64,000 nt of DNA from Narcine bancroftii (taxonomy: Eukaryota): the NCBI RefSeq assembly GCF_036971445.1, contig NC_091476.1, positions 44,330,001 through 44,394,000 on the forward strand, in the 5' to 3' direction. How positions within the stretch are numbered: the first letter of the stretch is position 1; every line of letters starts with the position of its first letter. This document shows positions 1 to 12,599 of the stretch, piece after piece. Under the pieces are notes generated by a model. The model did not search any database. It saw nothing but the letters and a program-made list of their open reading frames with translations, and was not told the DNA's origin. Position numbers and translations under genes: made by a program.

Positions 1-663
1 TGCTGATGTGCTCTCCCTACTATATCCTCTTGCCTGTTGGCATATGCTCTTCCCCACCCCCCTTGGCTCCACCATTTTATTTTTATTCAGGTGCCTGCCT
101 ACATTTTGCTCCTACCTTGATGAAGGGCTCAGGCCTCAAACATTGTTTCACCCGCTGAGTTTTTACTGAGTACAATAAATTATCTTTTTGTCATTGGAAA
201 TTTGAAATTTTGAATACTTGAAACATTAAATTGGTTCACATTTTGGAAATTACGCAGTACTTTTAAAGGGAACATTTTAGTGGATTTACAGAAGCTCCCT
301 GGGGGTTACTGACAAGTTATTTTCTGCATATGTATCATGGGTATGAGACATGATATGAGAGCTCATTTTCCTACGTACAGACAGTGAATCAATAAAAATT
401 GAAGAGAAAGTACAGGAGAAGTCTGGAAATGTGGAAAGAAGTCCTTGAATGAAAATGATATTCATGGATGCAGCAGTGAATCAGAGACATTGTGTTTCCA
501 GAGTAAATATCATGTTGAAATGCAGAGTGGGGTAACATAGAGTAGCTGTGCAAAGAAGAATGGAGACTAAAATCTTCAACATGGGATGCAGGATTGTCAA
601 ATATTCTTGGCACAATTGAAAATATTTTAACTCTGCCAATTTCTTTTTGCTATTTCATTGCAG

Positions 664-814
664 GTCTATTAATATGTTTTTAATTGTATATCTCGGCATA
701 TTGGTCAGTAAATCTTTGATTGGCACTGCATTGAAGTACATCTGGCAACTTGATCCTTCAAATGATGAACCGTGGTATAGTTCAAAAACACTTAAAGAAA
801 AAAATGCAAACAAG
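664..814 (+). CDS. ATP11C: ATP11C-like P4-ATPase exon (TM3 and exoplasmic loop); first exon in window, gene starts upstream
   Basis: cag|g acceptor at 663/664 and AAG|gtaatg donor. Encodes SINMFLIVYLGILVSKSLIGTALKYIWQ...DEPWY...NK, similar to ATP11C SINAFLIVYL...NDEPWY. 151 nt. Confidence 0.93.
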
Positions 815-2076
815 GTAATGGAATGTGAAGTTGAAATGGTAATTGGGCACTTAAATGGAGAAGATTTGTATAAAGTCAGTGGTGAAGGCGTTTCTATGGC
901 AATTTGGCAGGAGGTGATTAACAGCCTTTCTGGTTGTGTACTTTTCGATTCATAATTTCATCAGTTCAAGTGGAATTGCATTTTCCTCAATTTCACTTGC
1001 CCAAGACATGGTAACAAGCCTAACTCACGATTTTTGAAGTGATTTGTAATTTGCATTTCTGAACTGGGTGTTTTCTTGAACAGTTAAATTTTGTTTTACA
1101 GGCTTTGGTTGATAGGAATTAAGGATCAGGTATCTTTTTTTGGGTTGGGGAGGGGGGAGGGGAACTAGATATGTAATAAAATCTCATCAATTTTCCCTAT
1201 TTAATCTTCATGAAGAAACAAATTAATAGTGAGTCCGATGCAAGGTAGAAATTTGTATGAAAATATCAATCTATCTAAACTGCAGAAATTTATGCCAGGG
1301 AAAGGGCAGTAGGTTGTATTGGTAAGTACTTCTAGGACTAAACTGGTTACTGAAGGTTGGAGTTGATTGCTGCCATATGTATTTTTAATTTCTTTATAAT
1401 TATGTGAAACAGTTGAAAAATCTGTTTAAGCAATGTTCTCTTCAATTTTAAGACAAACAAAAAATATAGTTAGGAAAGGCAAATATGAGCAGCTCACCAG
1501 TTATTCCTCAATATTTTGCTCATGATATTTAGTCATAGTCGATTACCGTACAACGCAACCTTTGGTCCAACAAGTTCCTGCCTACCAAGTTGACATTGAT
1601 CCATTTCCCTCTAAGCCTCCTATTCAGAAATCTGTCCAATTCTTGGACAGAATCTGAGTAGAGATTAGGGGTAGTAAAGGAAGTGGTCTATGGGCAGTGG
1701 CATTGGCAATAAACCGAGAAATATCTGAAGCACGTAAGAATGGAACACCAGTTATCAAGGGGGACTTCAACATGCAGGTCGAGAGGAGTCGCGTGATGGA
1801 GTAGTGGCCGGTCGGGGAACTCCTGCCCTCTCCAGAAAAGTAAAATAAAGACAGTGAAAAAACAAAGGCACAAACACAAAAACCAAAATAAAGTGAAAAT
1901 AAAGATGTGGAGAAAATGGCAGCGAAAAAAGAAAAGTCAAAAGCAACTGGAAGAAGAGAAGAAGAAAGGACGTCGGAAGAAGAAGGTGAAGGCCTTACCT
2001 GTGCAAGGAGGCCCGCCGCGGAGAGAGAAGCCCGCTCCCTAAGGTCAGTTGAAGTCCCGAACTCAGGACTCCAAAA

Positions 2077-3261
2077 ATGGCTCACGGAGCCAAGCAAAAG
2101 TGCGCAACCGCGCAGGCGCAAGACAAAAATAACACTGACGGGAGGGGGAACCAGCTGAGGAGTCGATCTCCACAGCTGAGAATGACAGCCACAACAAAAC
2201 AGCAAGAGGAAGACACAGAAAATAACGAGAGCAAGAAAGAAGAGAGTAAAAAGAAATCAAAGAAACAACAGAGGACCAACCCAGAGGAAGAAGACCAGCA
2301 GCAAGACACTTCAAATAAAAATAAGAAGACCAAAAATACCCAACAAAATAAAACAAACAAACCAACAAGAAAACCAGAAGAGACAGAGGAAAAGGACATA
2401 GATCCTGGAGTGGACTCAGAAGAAGAGGAGGAAGAACACAGAGAAATGGAAGATGAAGGGAAGGGCAGGACAATGAATATTTTTTTTTAAAGAATATATG
2501 GAAACAGTAAAAGAATGGCAGTCACAAGAATTCAGTGAAATAAAAAGAAGAGTAAAAAGTACAGAAGAAAAAGTGAATAGATTAGAGATGATCATGTCAG
2601 ATATAGGAAAAAGAGTGGACAAGGTGGAAGAACGAGAAACAGCCATAAAAATGGAAGTAGATGACTTAAAAAAATAAATTAGAAGAATCTGATAAAGTTA
2701 AAGAGACACAAGAGCTGTTAGCTCAGATATAATGGAAAATTATAGTAGAAGAAACAATATAAAGATAGTGGGCCTTAAGGAAGATGAAGAAGGCAAAAAT
2801 ATGAAAGAATTTATAAAAGAATGGATGTCCAGGGTTCTGGGAAGACCAGAACTACAGGAAAAAATGGAAATAGAAAGGGCACACAGAACATTAGCCCCTA
2901 AACCACAACCACAACAAAAACCAAGATCCATTCTAGTAAAATTCTTAAGATATACAACAAGAGAAAATATATTGGAGAAAGCAATGAGGAAAAGAAGAGA
3001 AGACAAAAAAAACCACTGGAATACAAAGGTCAAAAAATTTTTTTCTATCCAGATATAAGTTTTGAACTCCTGAAGAAGAGGAAGGAGTTTAATGCAGCAA
3101 AAACGATCCAATGGAAAAAAGGATATAAATTTATGCTAAAGTATCCAGCAGTACTTAAAATAGTTATTCCAGGGCAGCAAAACAGACTATTCTTGGATCC
3201 GGAGGAAGCAAGAAAATTTGCAGAACAACTACAAAACAGACAGAGAGAGGAAGATATGTAA
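2077..3261 (+). pseudogene. L1 ORF1p (coiled coil, RRM, CTD), frameshifted
   Basis: ENYSRRNNIKIVGL, IERAHR, PRSILVKFL and FFYPDIS...YPAVLKI motifs across frames. Shifts fall at homopolymers near 2480-2488, 2668-2674 and 3006-3012. TAA at 3259-3261. Confidence 0.88.
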
Positions 3262-3710
3262 CGAGAACAAAAATGACCACAAACTATATGTATGAGTGTA
3301 TGTAGGTATAAAAAAAAATAGAATAGAGGTAAGAACTAAGAAGGGAAAGAAAGGGAAGAAAGGAAGTATGGGGGGAATTAAGAGAGTGACCTTTGCTGTA
3401 TATGAAAATTAAAATCTTTTCTGGGGGAGCTGGGTGGGGAAGAGTTACGGTCACTGCGAAATCAGTTGACGCTTGCGAGTGAATTCGCAAATCCAAATGT
3501 AATGGGGAGATGTGGTTGCCCGACAAGGGATAAAGGGCAACTCAGGAAGGGGAGGGGATAGTGGGGTTAAAGAAATTTTAGATAGGAGAATAAGGGAAAT
3601 GTTTGATGTTTTAGAAATGTTGTCTTGTAAAGTGTTCAAAAAAAGAAAGCAGAAATGGATAAGAAGGAAAGGTGATGATGAGGAAACGGAAAGGAAAGAT
3701 AAAGTATGAA

Positions 3711-6700
3711 ATGGCTATGTTGAATTATATGACTTTAAATATTAATGGAATACATAACCAATTCAAAAGGAAGAAACTGCTAAATTTACTGAAAAAAGAA
3801 AAAAATTGATATAGCATTCGTGCAAGAAACACACTTAACTGAAGTGGAGCACAAGAAATTAAAGAGAGATTGGATAGGACATGTAACAGCAGCCTCATAT
3901 AATTCAAAAGCTAGAGGAGTAGCTATATTAATCAGTAAAAATGTACCAATTAAAATAGAAGAGGAAATAATAGATCCAGCAGGGAGATATGTAATGATAA
4001 AATGTCAGATATATTCGGAGTTTTGGAATTTACTCAATGTATATTCACCTAACGAAGAAGATCAAAAATTTGTGCAAGATATTTTTTTGAAGATAGCAGA
4101 CACGCAAGGGAACATAATAATAGGAGGGGATTTCAACCTTAATTTGGATTCAAATATGGATAAAACTGGGAAAAAAGTTAACAGAAAGAACAAAGTAACC
4201 AAATTTATAATTAAATCGATGCAAGAAATGCAACTTTTCGATATATGGAGGAAACAACACCCAAAGAAAAAGGAATATTCATATTATTCGGGTAGACATA
4301 AAACATACTCAAGAATAGACCTATTCCTGTTATCAGCTTGCATGCAAGACAGAGTTAGGAAAACAGAATATAAAGCTAGAATATTATCGGACCACTCACC
4401 CCTGATATTGACAGTAGAGTTAGAGGACATCCCTCCAAGAATGTATAGATGGAGATTAAACTCCATGCTACTTCAAAGGCAGGATTTTAGAGAATTCATT
4501 GAACGACAAATTAAAATGTACTTTGAAATAAATACGGAATCAGTGAAAGATAAGTTTATACTATGGGACGCAATGAAAGCGTTCATCAGAGGGCAAATAA
4601 TAAGTTATGTAACCAAGATGAAGAAGGACTACAATCAAGAAACAGAGCAGTTGGAAAGGGAAATAGCAAATATAGAAAAAGAATTAGCAATGAAGGAAGA
4701 CACAACTAAAAGAAGAGAATTGGCAGATAAAAAAATAAAATATGAAACATTACAAACATAAGGTGGAGAAGAACATAATGAAGACAAAACAGAAATATTA
4801 TGAACTAGGAGAAAAAACGCTCAAAATTCTAGCATGGCAGCTTAGACAGAACAAACTAAGGGAATGGTATTGGCATCAAGGAAAAAAGACAAACAAATCA
4901 CATATTAATCCAACGGAGATTAATGAAAACTTCAGAGAATTCTACGAACAATTATACCAAACTGAAAACGAAGGGAAAGAAGACAAAATAGATGAATTTT
5001 TAACTAAAATTGAACTACCGAAATTACAAACAGAGGAACAAAATAAATTAACAGAACCATTTGAAATAGTAGAAATACAAGAGATAATTAAAAAAAAACT
5101 ACCGAATAATAAAACACCAGGAGAGGATAGATTCCCAATAGAATTCTATAAAACATTTAAAGATTTATTAATTCCTCCCCTCCTGGAAGTAATCAACCAG
5201 ACTGATAAAACACAAAGCTTACCAGATTCATGCAAAACAGCAATAATTACAGTAATACCAAAGACAGGGAAAGATCCACTCGCACCAGCGTCATATAGAC
5301 CAATATCTTTACTTAACACAGATTATAAGATAATAGCTAAACTTAGCAAACAAATCAGCCGACTATGTACCAAAAATAGTAAATCTAGACCAAAATGGAT
5401 TTATTAAAAAAAGGTGAACAACAGACAATATTTGTAAATTTATTAACTTAATTCATGCAGTAGAAGGAAATAAAGCTCCAACAGTAGTGGTTGCTTTAGA
5501 TGGAGAGAAGGCCTTTGACAGAGTAGAATGGAATTATTTATTCAAAGTACTACAAAAATTCAGCTTACCAGAGAAATATATTAATTGGATTAAAGCATTA
5601 TATAAGGGGCCATTGGCGAAAGTGACAGTAAATGGATATATATCAAAACAATTTAACTTAAGCAGATCAACAAGGCGGGGATGCCCACTATCGCCCTTAT
5701 TGTTCGCGTTAGCCATAGAACCACTAGCAGAACTGATAAGAACAGAAAATAAAATAAAAGGGATAAAAATAAAAGACAAGGAATATAAAATAAGTTTATT
5801 TGCAGATGACATTATAGTATACTTAACAGAACCAGAAATATCAATAAAATAATTACATAAGAAATTGAAGGAATATGGAGAAGTGTCGGGATACAAGATT
5901 AACGCAAATAAAAGTGAAGCAATGCCAATGAATAATGCGGATTTCTCAAAATTTAAGAAAGAATCACCATTCAGATGGCAAATGCAAGCAATGCGATACC
6001 TAGGTATACAAATAAATAAAAACCTCAGCCATCTATATAAACTCAATTATTATCCACTAATGAAAAAATTACTGGACGACTTAGAGCATTGGAAAGACTT
6101 ACCACTAACACTAATAGGAAGGATAAACTGTATTAAAATGAACATTTTCCCAAGGATACAATACCTATTTCAGGCATTGCCAATACACTTGACAGAGAAA
6201 TTCTTCAAGGAGTTAAAGAAAATAATAAGGAAATTTTTATGGAAAGGGGGGAAACCGAGGATAGCACTAGATAAATTAACAGAATGGTATAAACAAGGAG
6301 GCTTACAACTGCCAAACTTTAAAAATTATTATAGAGCCGCACAATTAAGATACCTATCAGATTTTTATCAAACAAGGGAAAAGCAGATTGGACTAGATTA
6401 GAACTAGATAAAATAGGGGAGAAGATACCTGAGCATATTATATAAATGGGATGAAAAATTGGTACAACGTAGGAATTCTCCAGTATTGCATCATCTGCTC
6501 AATATTTGGAAGAAGATTCATGTAGAAAGGAATAAAACAAATTACCAACTACCAAAACTAATACTGACGCAAAATCAGCTAATCCCTTTTACAATAGATA
6601 ACCTTTCCTTTAGAGAATGGGAGAAAAAAGGGATCAAAAGAATAGAAAATTGCTTTTCAGGAAATAAATTATTATCCTTTGAACAAATGAAGGATAAATA

Positions 6701-7483
6701 TAATATAACTCACGATACGGTGTTGGCTTACTACCAACTGAAATCCTACTTGAAGGACAAACTGGGAAGCAGTCTGAGGTTACCAGAGGGAAGTAATTTT
6801 GAATATGTGATTACATACACAATGATAATCAAAAAATTTGAAATAAACATGTATATTAAACTACAAGAAAAGGAGAATGAGGAAACAAATGGTAAAACTA
6901 AACAAAAATGGGAACAAGATCTAAACATGGGAGAAGTTATGCTCAGGAACTATGAGAAATACAATAAATACGAGGTTACGTATGATACAATATAACTGGA
7001 TACACAGGCTATATATTACACCTCAAAAGTTAAATAAATGGGACCCAACAGTATCTGACAGATGTTTTCGCTGTAAAAAGGAAATGGTAACAACAATTCA
7101 TGCAATATGGACATGTGAGAAAGTGAAAAAATTTTGGGAAGATCTAAACCAGGTATTAAATAAAATCACAAAAAGCAATATACCAAAAAACCCAGAGATC
7201 TTCCTCCTAAGTAACATAAAAAACAAAGAATTTGGACTTGATTTGGATGGTGCACAAAAAAGATTTATGATAGCCCTAGCGGTTAGCAAAAAAATGTATT
7301 ACATCAGCCTGGAAATTAGAAGATAACTTGAGAATACAACAATGGTATATAGAAATGAATAAATATATTCCATTAGAAAAAATAACATATAATTTAAGAA
7401 ATAATATTACAATATTTGAACAAATATGGGAGCCATACATGAAACATAATAGAGAAAACCTACCGGGGACATCTACCACCTAA
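3711..7483 (+). pseudogene. L1 ORF2p (APE endonuclease, RT, CCHC), disrupted
   Basis: TLNING, QETH, GGDFN, SRID and SDH (endonuclease); YRPISLLN, KAFD, GCPLSPLLF and FADD (RT); CFRC...HAIWTC zinc knuckle. Several frameshifts and stops. Confidence 0.93.
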
Positions 7484-10346
7484 AATGACAGAAGGAGAAG
7501 AGAATGAAAAGAACTGACTCAGTGGAATTTCTTGTTTGTTTTTATTGAGTGACAACATTGTTTGATGGGTTTAATGTATCCTATTTTCTGAACTTTAAAT
7601 GAATGGGAGGGGAGGTAGGTAGGGAGGGAGGGAGGGGAGGAGGGAGGGGGGGAGGAAACGACACTGTATATGTTCAAGAGGGAAAATGTATGCATCTTGA
7701 TCAATGTGGTTTATAGTGTGAAAAATAAAAAAATTTTAAAAAAACATGCAGGTCGACTGGGTGAATCGGGTTGGTCAGGGCAGCCATGAGGAGGACATCA
7801 TGTGATAGCTTTCTTGTCAGCATGTTATTGAACCTAGATGGGAACATGCTCTCTTGGATCTGGGCCTGTGCAATGAGATAAGTAAAATGTGGTCAGGGAT
7901 TCCCCTAGAAAGAGTCATCACAGTATGATAGAGTTCCACATACAAATGAAGGGTGTAATAGTTGTGTCTAAATCCATGTCTGAACAAGGGAAATTACAAA
8001 GGGATGAGGGAGGAGTTGGCTAGCATATACTGGGAATGCAGCCTTTCTGGTGAGAAAGTTCAGGAACAATGGAAGACTTTCAAAGAGATTTTTAAGGATG
8101 CTCAACAAAAGTATATTCCAGTTAAAAAGCAAAGATAGTAAGGGTGGGGACAGCCACATAAAGGAAATGACGGAAAGCATCAAACTAAGCCTACATACAA
8201 AGTCACCAAGAGTTGTGGGAAACTAAAAGATGATGAAAACTTTAAAAAGCAACAAAGAGCTACAAAGCAAAGAAAGATGGGCAAGGCAGATTATGGAAAA
8301 AAGTTGGCACAAAATATAAAAATGGACTGTAAAAGTTTTCATAATGATAGAAAGTGAAAAAGGGTGGCTAAAGTGAATGTGGGTGTCTTGGAGGATGACA
8401 AAAGGGAATTAATATTGGATCATGAGGAAATGCAGAAGCTTTAAATTACTATTTTGTGTCGATCTTCATGGTGGAGGACATGTCTATCATGCCAAAGACA
8501 GGTTATACATGCAGTGGGATGTGAGGACCTGGATACAATAATGATCATTAAAGAGGGGGTGCTGAGGAAACAGGTGGACTTAAAGATTCATAAGACCCCT
8601 GGACACGATGGAATGCATCCCAGAGTACTGAAAGAAAATGGCAGAAGTTATAGTTAACACTTTGGTGATAACTTACCAAAACTCTCTGGACTCTGGGCAG
8701 GTCCTGGCAGATTGGAAGATATCATATCACTTCAAAAAAGGATGTAGGAAAAAGGCAGGGAACTATAGGCTGGTTCGTTTAACATCTGTAGTTGGGAAAA
8801 TGCTTGAAGCCATCATTAAAGAAATAGGGAGGAATCTGGAATAAGTTGGAACCTTCAAGCAGATGCAGCATAGATTCAGCAAAGGAAGGATTTGTTTGAT
8901 GAACTTGTTGGAATTCTTTGAGGATGTATCAAGCGCAGTACACAGAGGGGAACAGGTGGATGTCATTTACTTGGATTTCCAGAAAGCATTCGTTACGGTG
9001 CCACATAAAAGGTTATCCATAAGATGAGTTTGGGGATGATATATTAGTAGCGGATTAGTTAACCAATAGAAAAGAGAGGGTTGAAATAGATGGGTCTTTT
9101 TCTAGTTGGCAATCAGTGGTGACCAGTGTGCTTCAGGTGTCAGTACTGGGCCCACATCTGTTCACAACATACATTACTCTCTGCCCCCTCTTCCAGATCA
9201 TTAATGTATCTAATTTTGATGATGACACTGAATTGAGTGGAAAAGCAAATTGTGCAGAGGCTACGGAGAGTCTGCAGAGAGATATAGATGGGTTGTGAAT
9301 CTGGCAGATGAAGTAAATGTTGATAAATGTGAGGTTATTCACTTTGGAAGGAAAAATGGAAGATGAGATTACTTTTTAAAGGGAAAATGATTGCAGTAGG
9401 CTGCTGTGCCGAAGGACTTGAGAATGCTGGTGCATGAATCAATAAAGGTTAGTTTCCAGGTGCAGCAGGCTATCAAGAAGGCAAGTAGAATGTTGGCCTT
9501 CATTGCTAGAGGGATTGAGTTTAGGAGAAGGGAGGTTATGCTGCAATTGTACAGGGTACTAGTGAGGCTGCATTTGGAGTACTTTGTGCAGTTCTGGTCT
9601 CCTTACTTGAGCTAGGATGTACAGGTCTTGGAGACAATGCAGAGGAGATTTATGAGATTGATTCTGTAGATGAGGTGGTTAGCTATGAGGAGAGATTGAA
9701 TTGTGTGGGACTGTACTTGCTGGAATTCAGAAGAATGAGAGGGGATCATAGAAACATAAAATTATGAAAGGAATAGATAAGATAGAAGTGGGTGTTATTT
9801 TTTCCCCACTGAAAATTATAGCACATTGCCTCAAGATTTGAGGGAGTAGATTTAGGATAGATGAGAAGGAACTTCTTTTCCCAGAAAGTGATGAATCTAT
9901 GGTCCATGGAATCAGTGGAAGCTACTGTAGTGAATATATTTAAGACAAGATTGGATAGATTTTTCCATAGTAGGGGAATTAAGGGATATGGTAGCTGGAG
10001 GTGAGCCAATCATCAATGATCTTATTGAACAGGGGAAGGGGGGCCTGTAACAGAGTAAGCTTGACAGGCTGAATGGCCTACTCCTGATCATATTTCTTGT
10101 GAATTACGTCTGCTTCCTCTGACAGGTCATTCCAGATTCCATCCACTGTCTGAGTGGGGAAAAAAATGTCTATTTGGTTTCTCCTAAATCATCTCCCTGC
10201 CTCGCCCCCCCCCCCCCCCCCTCGCCAACACTTTTCCACATTTTAAACCTGTGCCTTCTAGTTCTACAATCATCTACCCTGGGGAAAAGACTGAGCATTC
10301 ACTTTATCCATGCCCCTCATGATGTTGTGATGTGTTCTGTTTACAG

Positions 10347-10544
10347 TTTATCAAGATGTTCACTGACTTCCTCTCCTACATGGTACTGTTCAACTTCATT
10401 ATTCCTGTCTCCATGTATGTTACTGTGGAGATGCAGAAATTTTTGGGCTCTTACTTCATTACCTGGGATAAGGATATGTATGATGATCTTTTAGATGAAG
10501 GTGCACTGGTGAACACATCTGATCTCAATGAAGAGCTGGGCCAG
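10347..10544 (+). CDS. ATP11C: ATP11C exon (TM4 with PVSM motif)
   Basis: ttacag|TTT ... CAG|gtacat. [35 protein letters not shown]...SDLNEELGQ. 198 nt, phase 0/0. Confidence 0.97.
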
Positions 10545-10749
10545 GTACATTTCAGAGTTTTCATCCTCTTTGTTGTCAAATTAGCTTTCATGTGGTATTT
10601 TCATTTGTTATTTCATGATACATCCATTCTCAACTAGTGCTTTAAGTAAAAGCATTGTTTTCTTTTCACCTTGCAGAACAAATATTTCTTGTTTTTATAT
10701 AGTCAGTAGGAGAGACGTACATATGAAACCAAAATTTGACTGCTTCTTG

Positions 10750-11095
10750 GGGAAAGGAGCCTGTAAACTTCGAACATAAAGAAAATTACTTGTAATTTAC
10801 AAGATAAATATAATTTTTTGGAAAATCTGGAGCCCATATTTACAAAATTTTGGTTTGCATGAATGACTGACTCTCTGAAGACCTCACTTCTTGATAACTT
10901 CCAATAGATTTTTCTGTATAAATGTTTTATTTCTTGGCATTCTCCAGTTTTTTCTTCCTTTTTTCTTTTTTTCCTTTTTTTAGGGGTGGGGAGTTGGGAG
11001 TATATTACCATATGTAATCATTTTTTCAAAAATAGCTTACAATTGAATGCAATATTGTGGTTTTAAAATTTATAAATAAAGTATTTTAAAAAAAC
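10750..11095 (+). mobile_element. 5'-truncated 3' end of a second L1-like family
   Basis: Degenerate KITCNLQDK..FWKIWSPYLQ (L1 ORF2 C-terminus), T-rich/G-rich 3' UTR, AATAAA and an A-tail. Confidence 0.6.
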
Positions 11096-11559
11096 ATAGA
11101 CCTCGGGGGCCATAGCCAAAAAAGGGTTGAAAATGACTGCGAATGTACAATTTTACCGGGATAAAGTATTTTATTTTTATGATCTTATTTGGTCTGACTA
11201 TAATGAGTGTAAATGAGTCCTTCATGGTCAGTGCAGACTTGGTGAATTGAAAGGCCTGTTTCTGTACTGTGCAACTACTATTATCTTGTGAAATATTGCA
11301 TCTCCTGTGATAAGTTATTTTGTTTTCTGCATTAAATTTTGATTAAATATCTAAAATTGTTTTGTTTCTACAGATGTCTAATCTTAAATTCTATTAATCT
11401 TCAACTAATTCTCTCAAAAGTTCATTTTTCTTCTTTGAAGTTGATGTATTTTTCATTATAGACATCATAATGTTGCTCCAAAACAGTTTGCTTCCTGTTT
11501 TATTGAAAGAATTATGAATGTATGTATTTTCTTTTTATCTCCCATCCTGCTGCTTATAG

Positions 11560-11733
11560 ATTGAGTATGTATTCACTGACAAAACAGGAACACTGACAGA
11601 GAACAACATGGAATTTATTGAATGTTGTATCGATGGATTCAAATATAAAAATGTAGGAATTGAAATGTCTGTTGTGGATGGAATTCCTTCAACTGATGAT
11701 CCCCATAATAGAGTCTGTGGAATGGCTGGAAAG
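11560..11733 (+). CDS. ATP11C: ATP11C exon with the DKTGT phosphorylation site
   Basis: tatag|ATT ... AAG|gtaaca. [26 protein letters not shown]...; catalytic Asp codon 11578-11580. 174 nt. Confidence 0.97.
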
Positions 11734-12302
11734 GTAACACTGCTGTCATTTATAATTTTAAATGCAGTTGGAGTTGACTACAGTTTCAAACTACTCCATT
11801 AGTTGTGTTAAATTCATGTTTTCTCACTGAAGTTGCAAACCTATTTGTGATTCTGAAGCATTCTGTAATATAACTTGGCTCATGTCTGTACTGATAACAA
11901 TTGATTTCCACTTAACGTAATTTTCCATTGTTAACCTAACTTGAGAGTTTTCAATTATATTGTACATCCATTCAATTAAGTGACAAGTAATGACCAACAA
12001 ATCGACAGAAGCTATGTATTCTTTGTCTTTCCAAGTCCACTTTTGGCAGGAGAGGGCGACGGGAACCCGGGATTGATTCATAGTCCAATGTTGTTCTGTC
12101 AGTGGATCTCCCAGTTTCCAGCCAGTATAACTCATCCAAGCAAGCAAAATAAACAGTCTTTTAGATTGATTGGAAGTCATCTTGTTTAATAATAATCCAC
12201 TTTAACCATCTGAAACTGCTTGGAAACTGGTGCCATGTATATTTTTTTATTTATGCATGCATATTTGTTGAAACCAATTTGGTGTAATTGGTATGTTTTC
12301 AG

Positions 12303-12460
12303 GAAAAAGAAGAACTGTTCCTTCGTGCTTTATGTTTATGCCACACTGTTCAGATAAAAGAAGAGGACAAAGTAGATGGCTTGGTAAAGCAGCAAGGGAA
12401 ACAGTACATGTACATTTCATCTTCTCCTGATGAAGTTGCTTTACTACAAGGTGCTAAAAA
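12303..12460 (+). CDS. ATP11C: ATP11C exon (N domain)
   Basis: ttcag|GAA ... AA|gtaaga. [26 protein letters not shown]...[16 protein letters not shown]. 158 nt; not in the ORF track. Confidence 0.96.
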
Positions 12461-12599
12461 GTAAGAATCTGGACATTTAAAGTGGGCTCAAAAATAATAT
12501 TTAGTTTGTTAGATTGTAATTTTTAAAAATAATTTGAAAAGCTCAGCAGGTCAGGCAGCTTGTGTACTAATGTTTGCATTTGACAAATTCCTCATCATA

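Larger units (their letters stand above)
1783..7742 (+). mobile_element. Full-length, decayed L1-clade non-LTR retrotransposon (about 5.96 kb)
   Basis: 14-bp TSD AACATGCAGGTCGA at 1769-1782 and 7743-7756. CpG-containing 5' UTR, ORF1, ORF2, G-rich 3' UTR, AATAAA at 7724-7729 and an A-rich tail. Coding strand is strongly A-rich. Confidence 0.95.
1640..10101 (+). mobile_element. Old CR1-clade LINE (ORF2 remnant) split by the L1 insertion; pieces about 1640-1782 and 7757-10101
   Basis: Removing the L1 and one TSD copy restores VIKGDFNMQVDWVNRVGQG. Downstream PGHDGMHPRVLKE, GNYRLVRLTSVVGK, YLDFQKAF, LVRLHLEYFVQFWSPY, and 3' end gaatggcctactcctg...tttctt. Confidence 0.88.

Noticed and set aside
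1783-1834. Possible HDV-like ribozyme at the L1 5' end (crossing pairings AGGAGT/ACTCCT and TGGAG/CTCCA)
   Set aside because: I could not fit P3/L3, P1.1, P4 or the catalytic C in the required order; the stems are short and may be chance.
1624-3111. Minus-strand hydrophobic ORFs (193, 136, 105, 123 aa) as membrane proteins or an L1 ORF0
   Set aside because: They are the antisense shadow of the A-rich L1 strand; F/L/S richness follows from composition and no motif is evident.
10204-10221. Long C or G homopolymers (also about 13040-13064, 25525-25548, 37061-37122)
   Set aside because: Simple low-complexity runs of uncertain length with no further structure.
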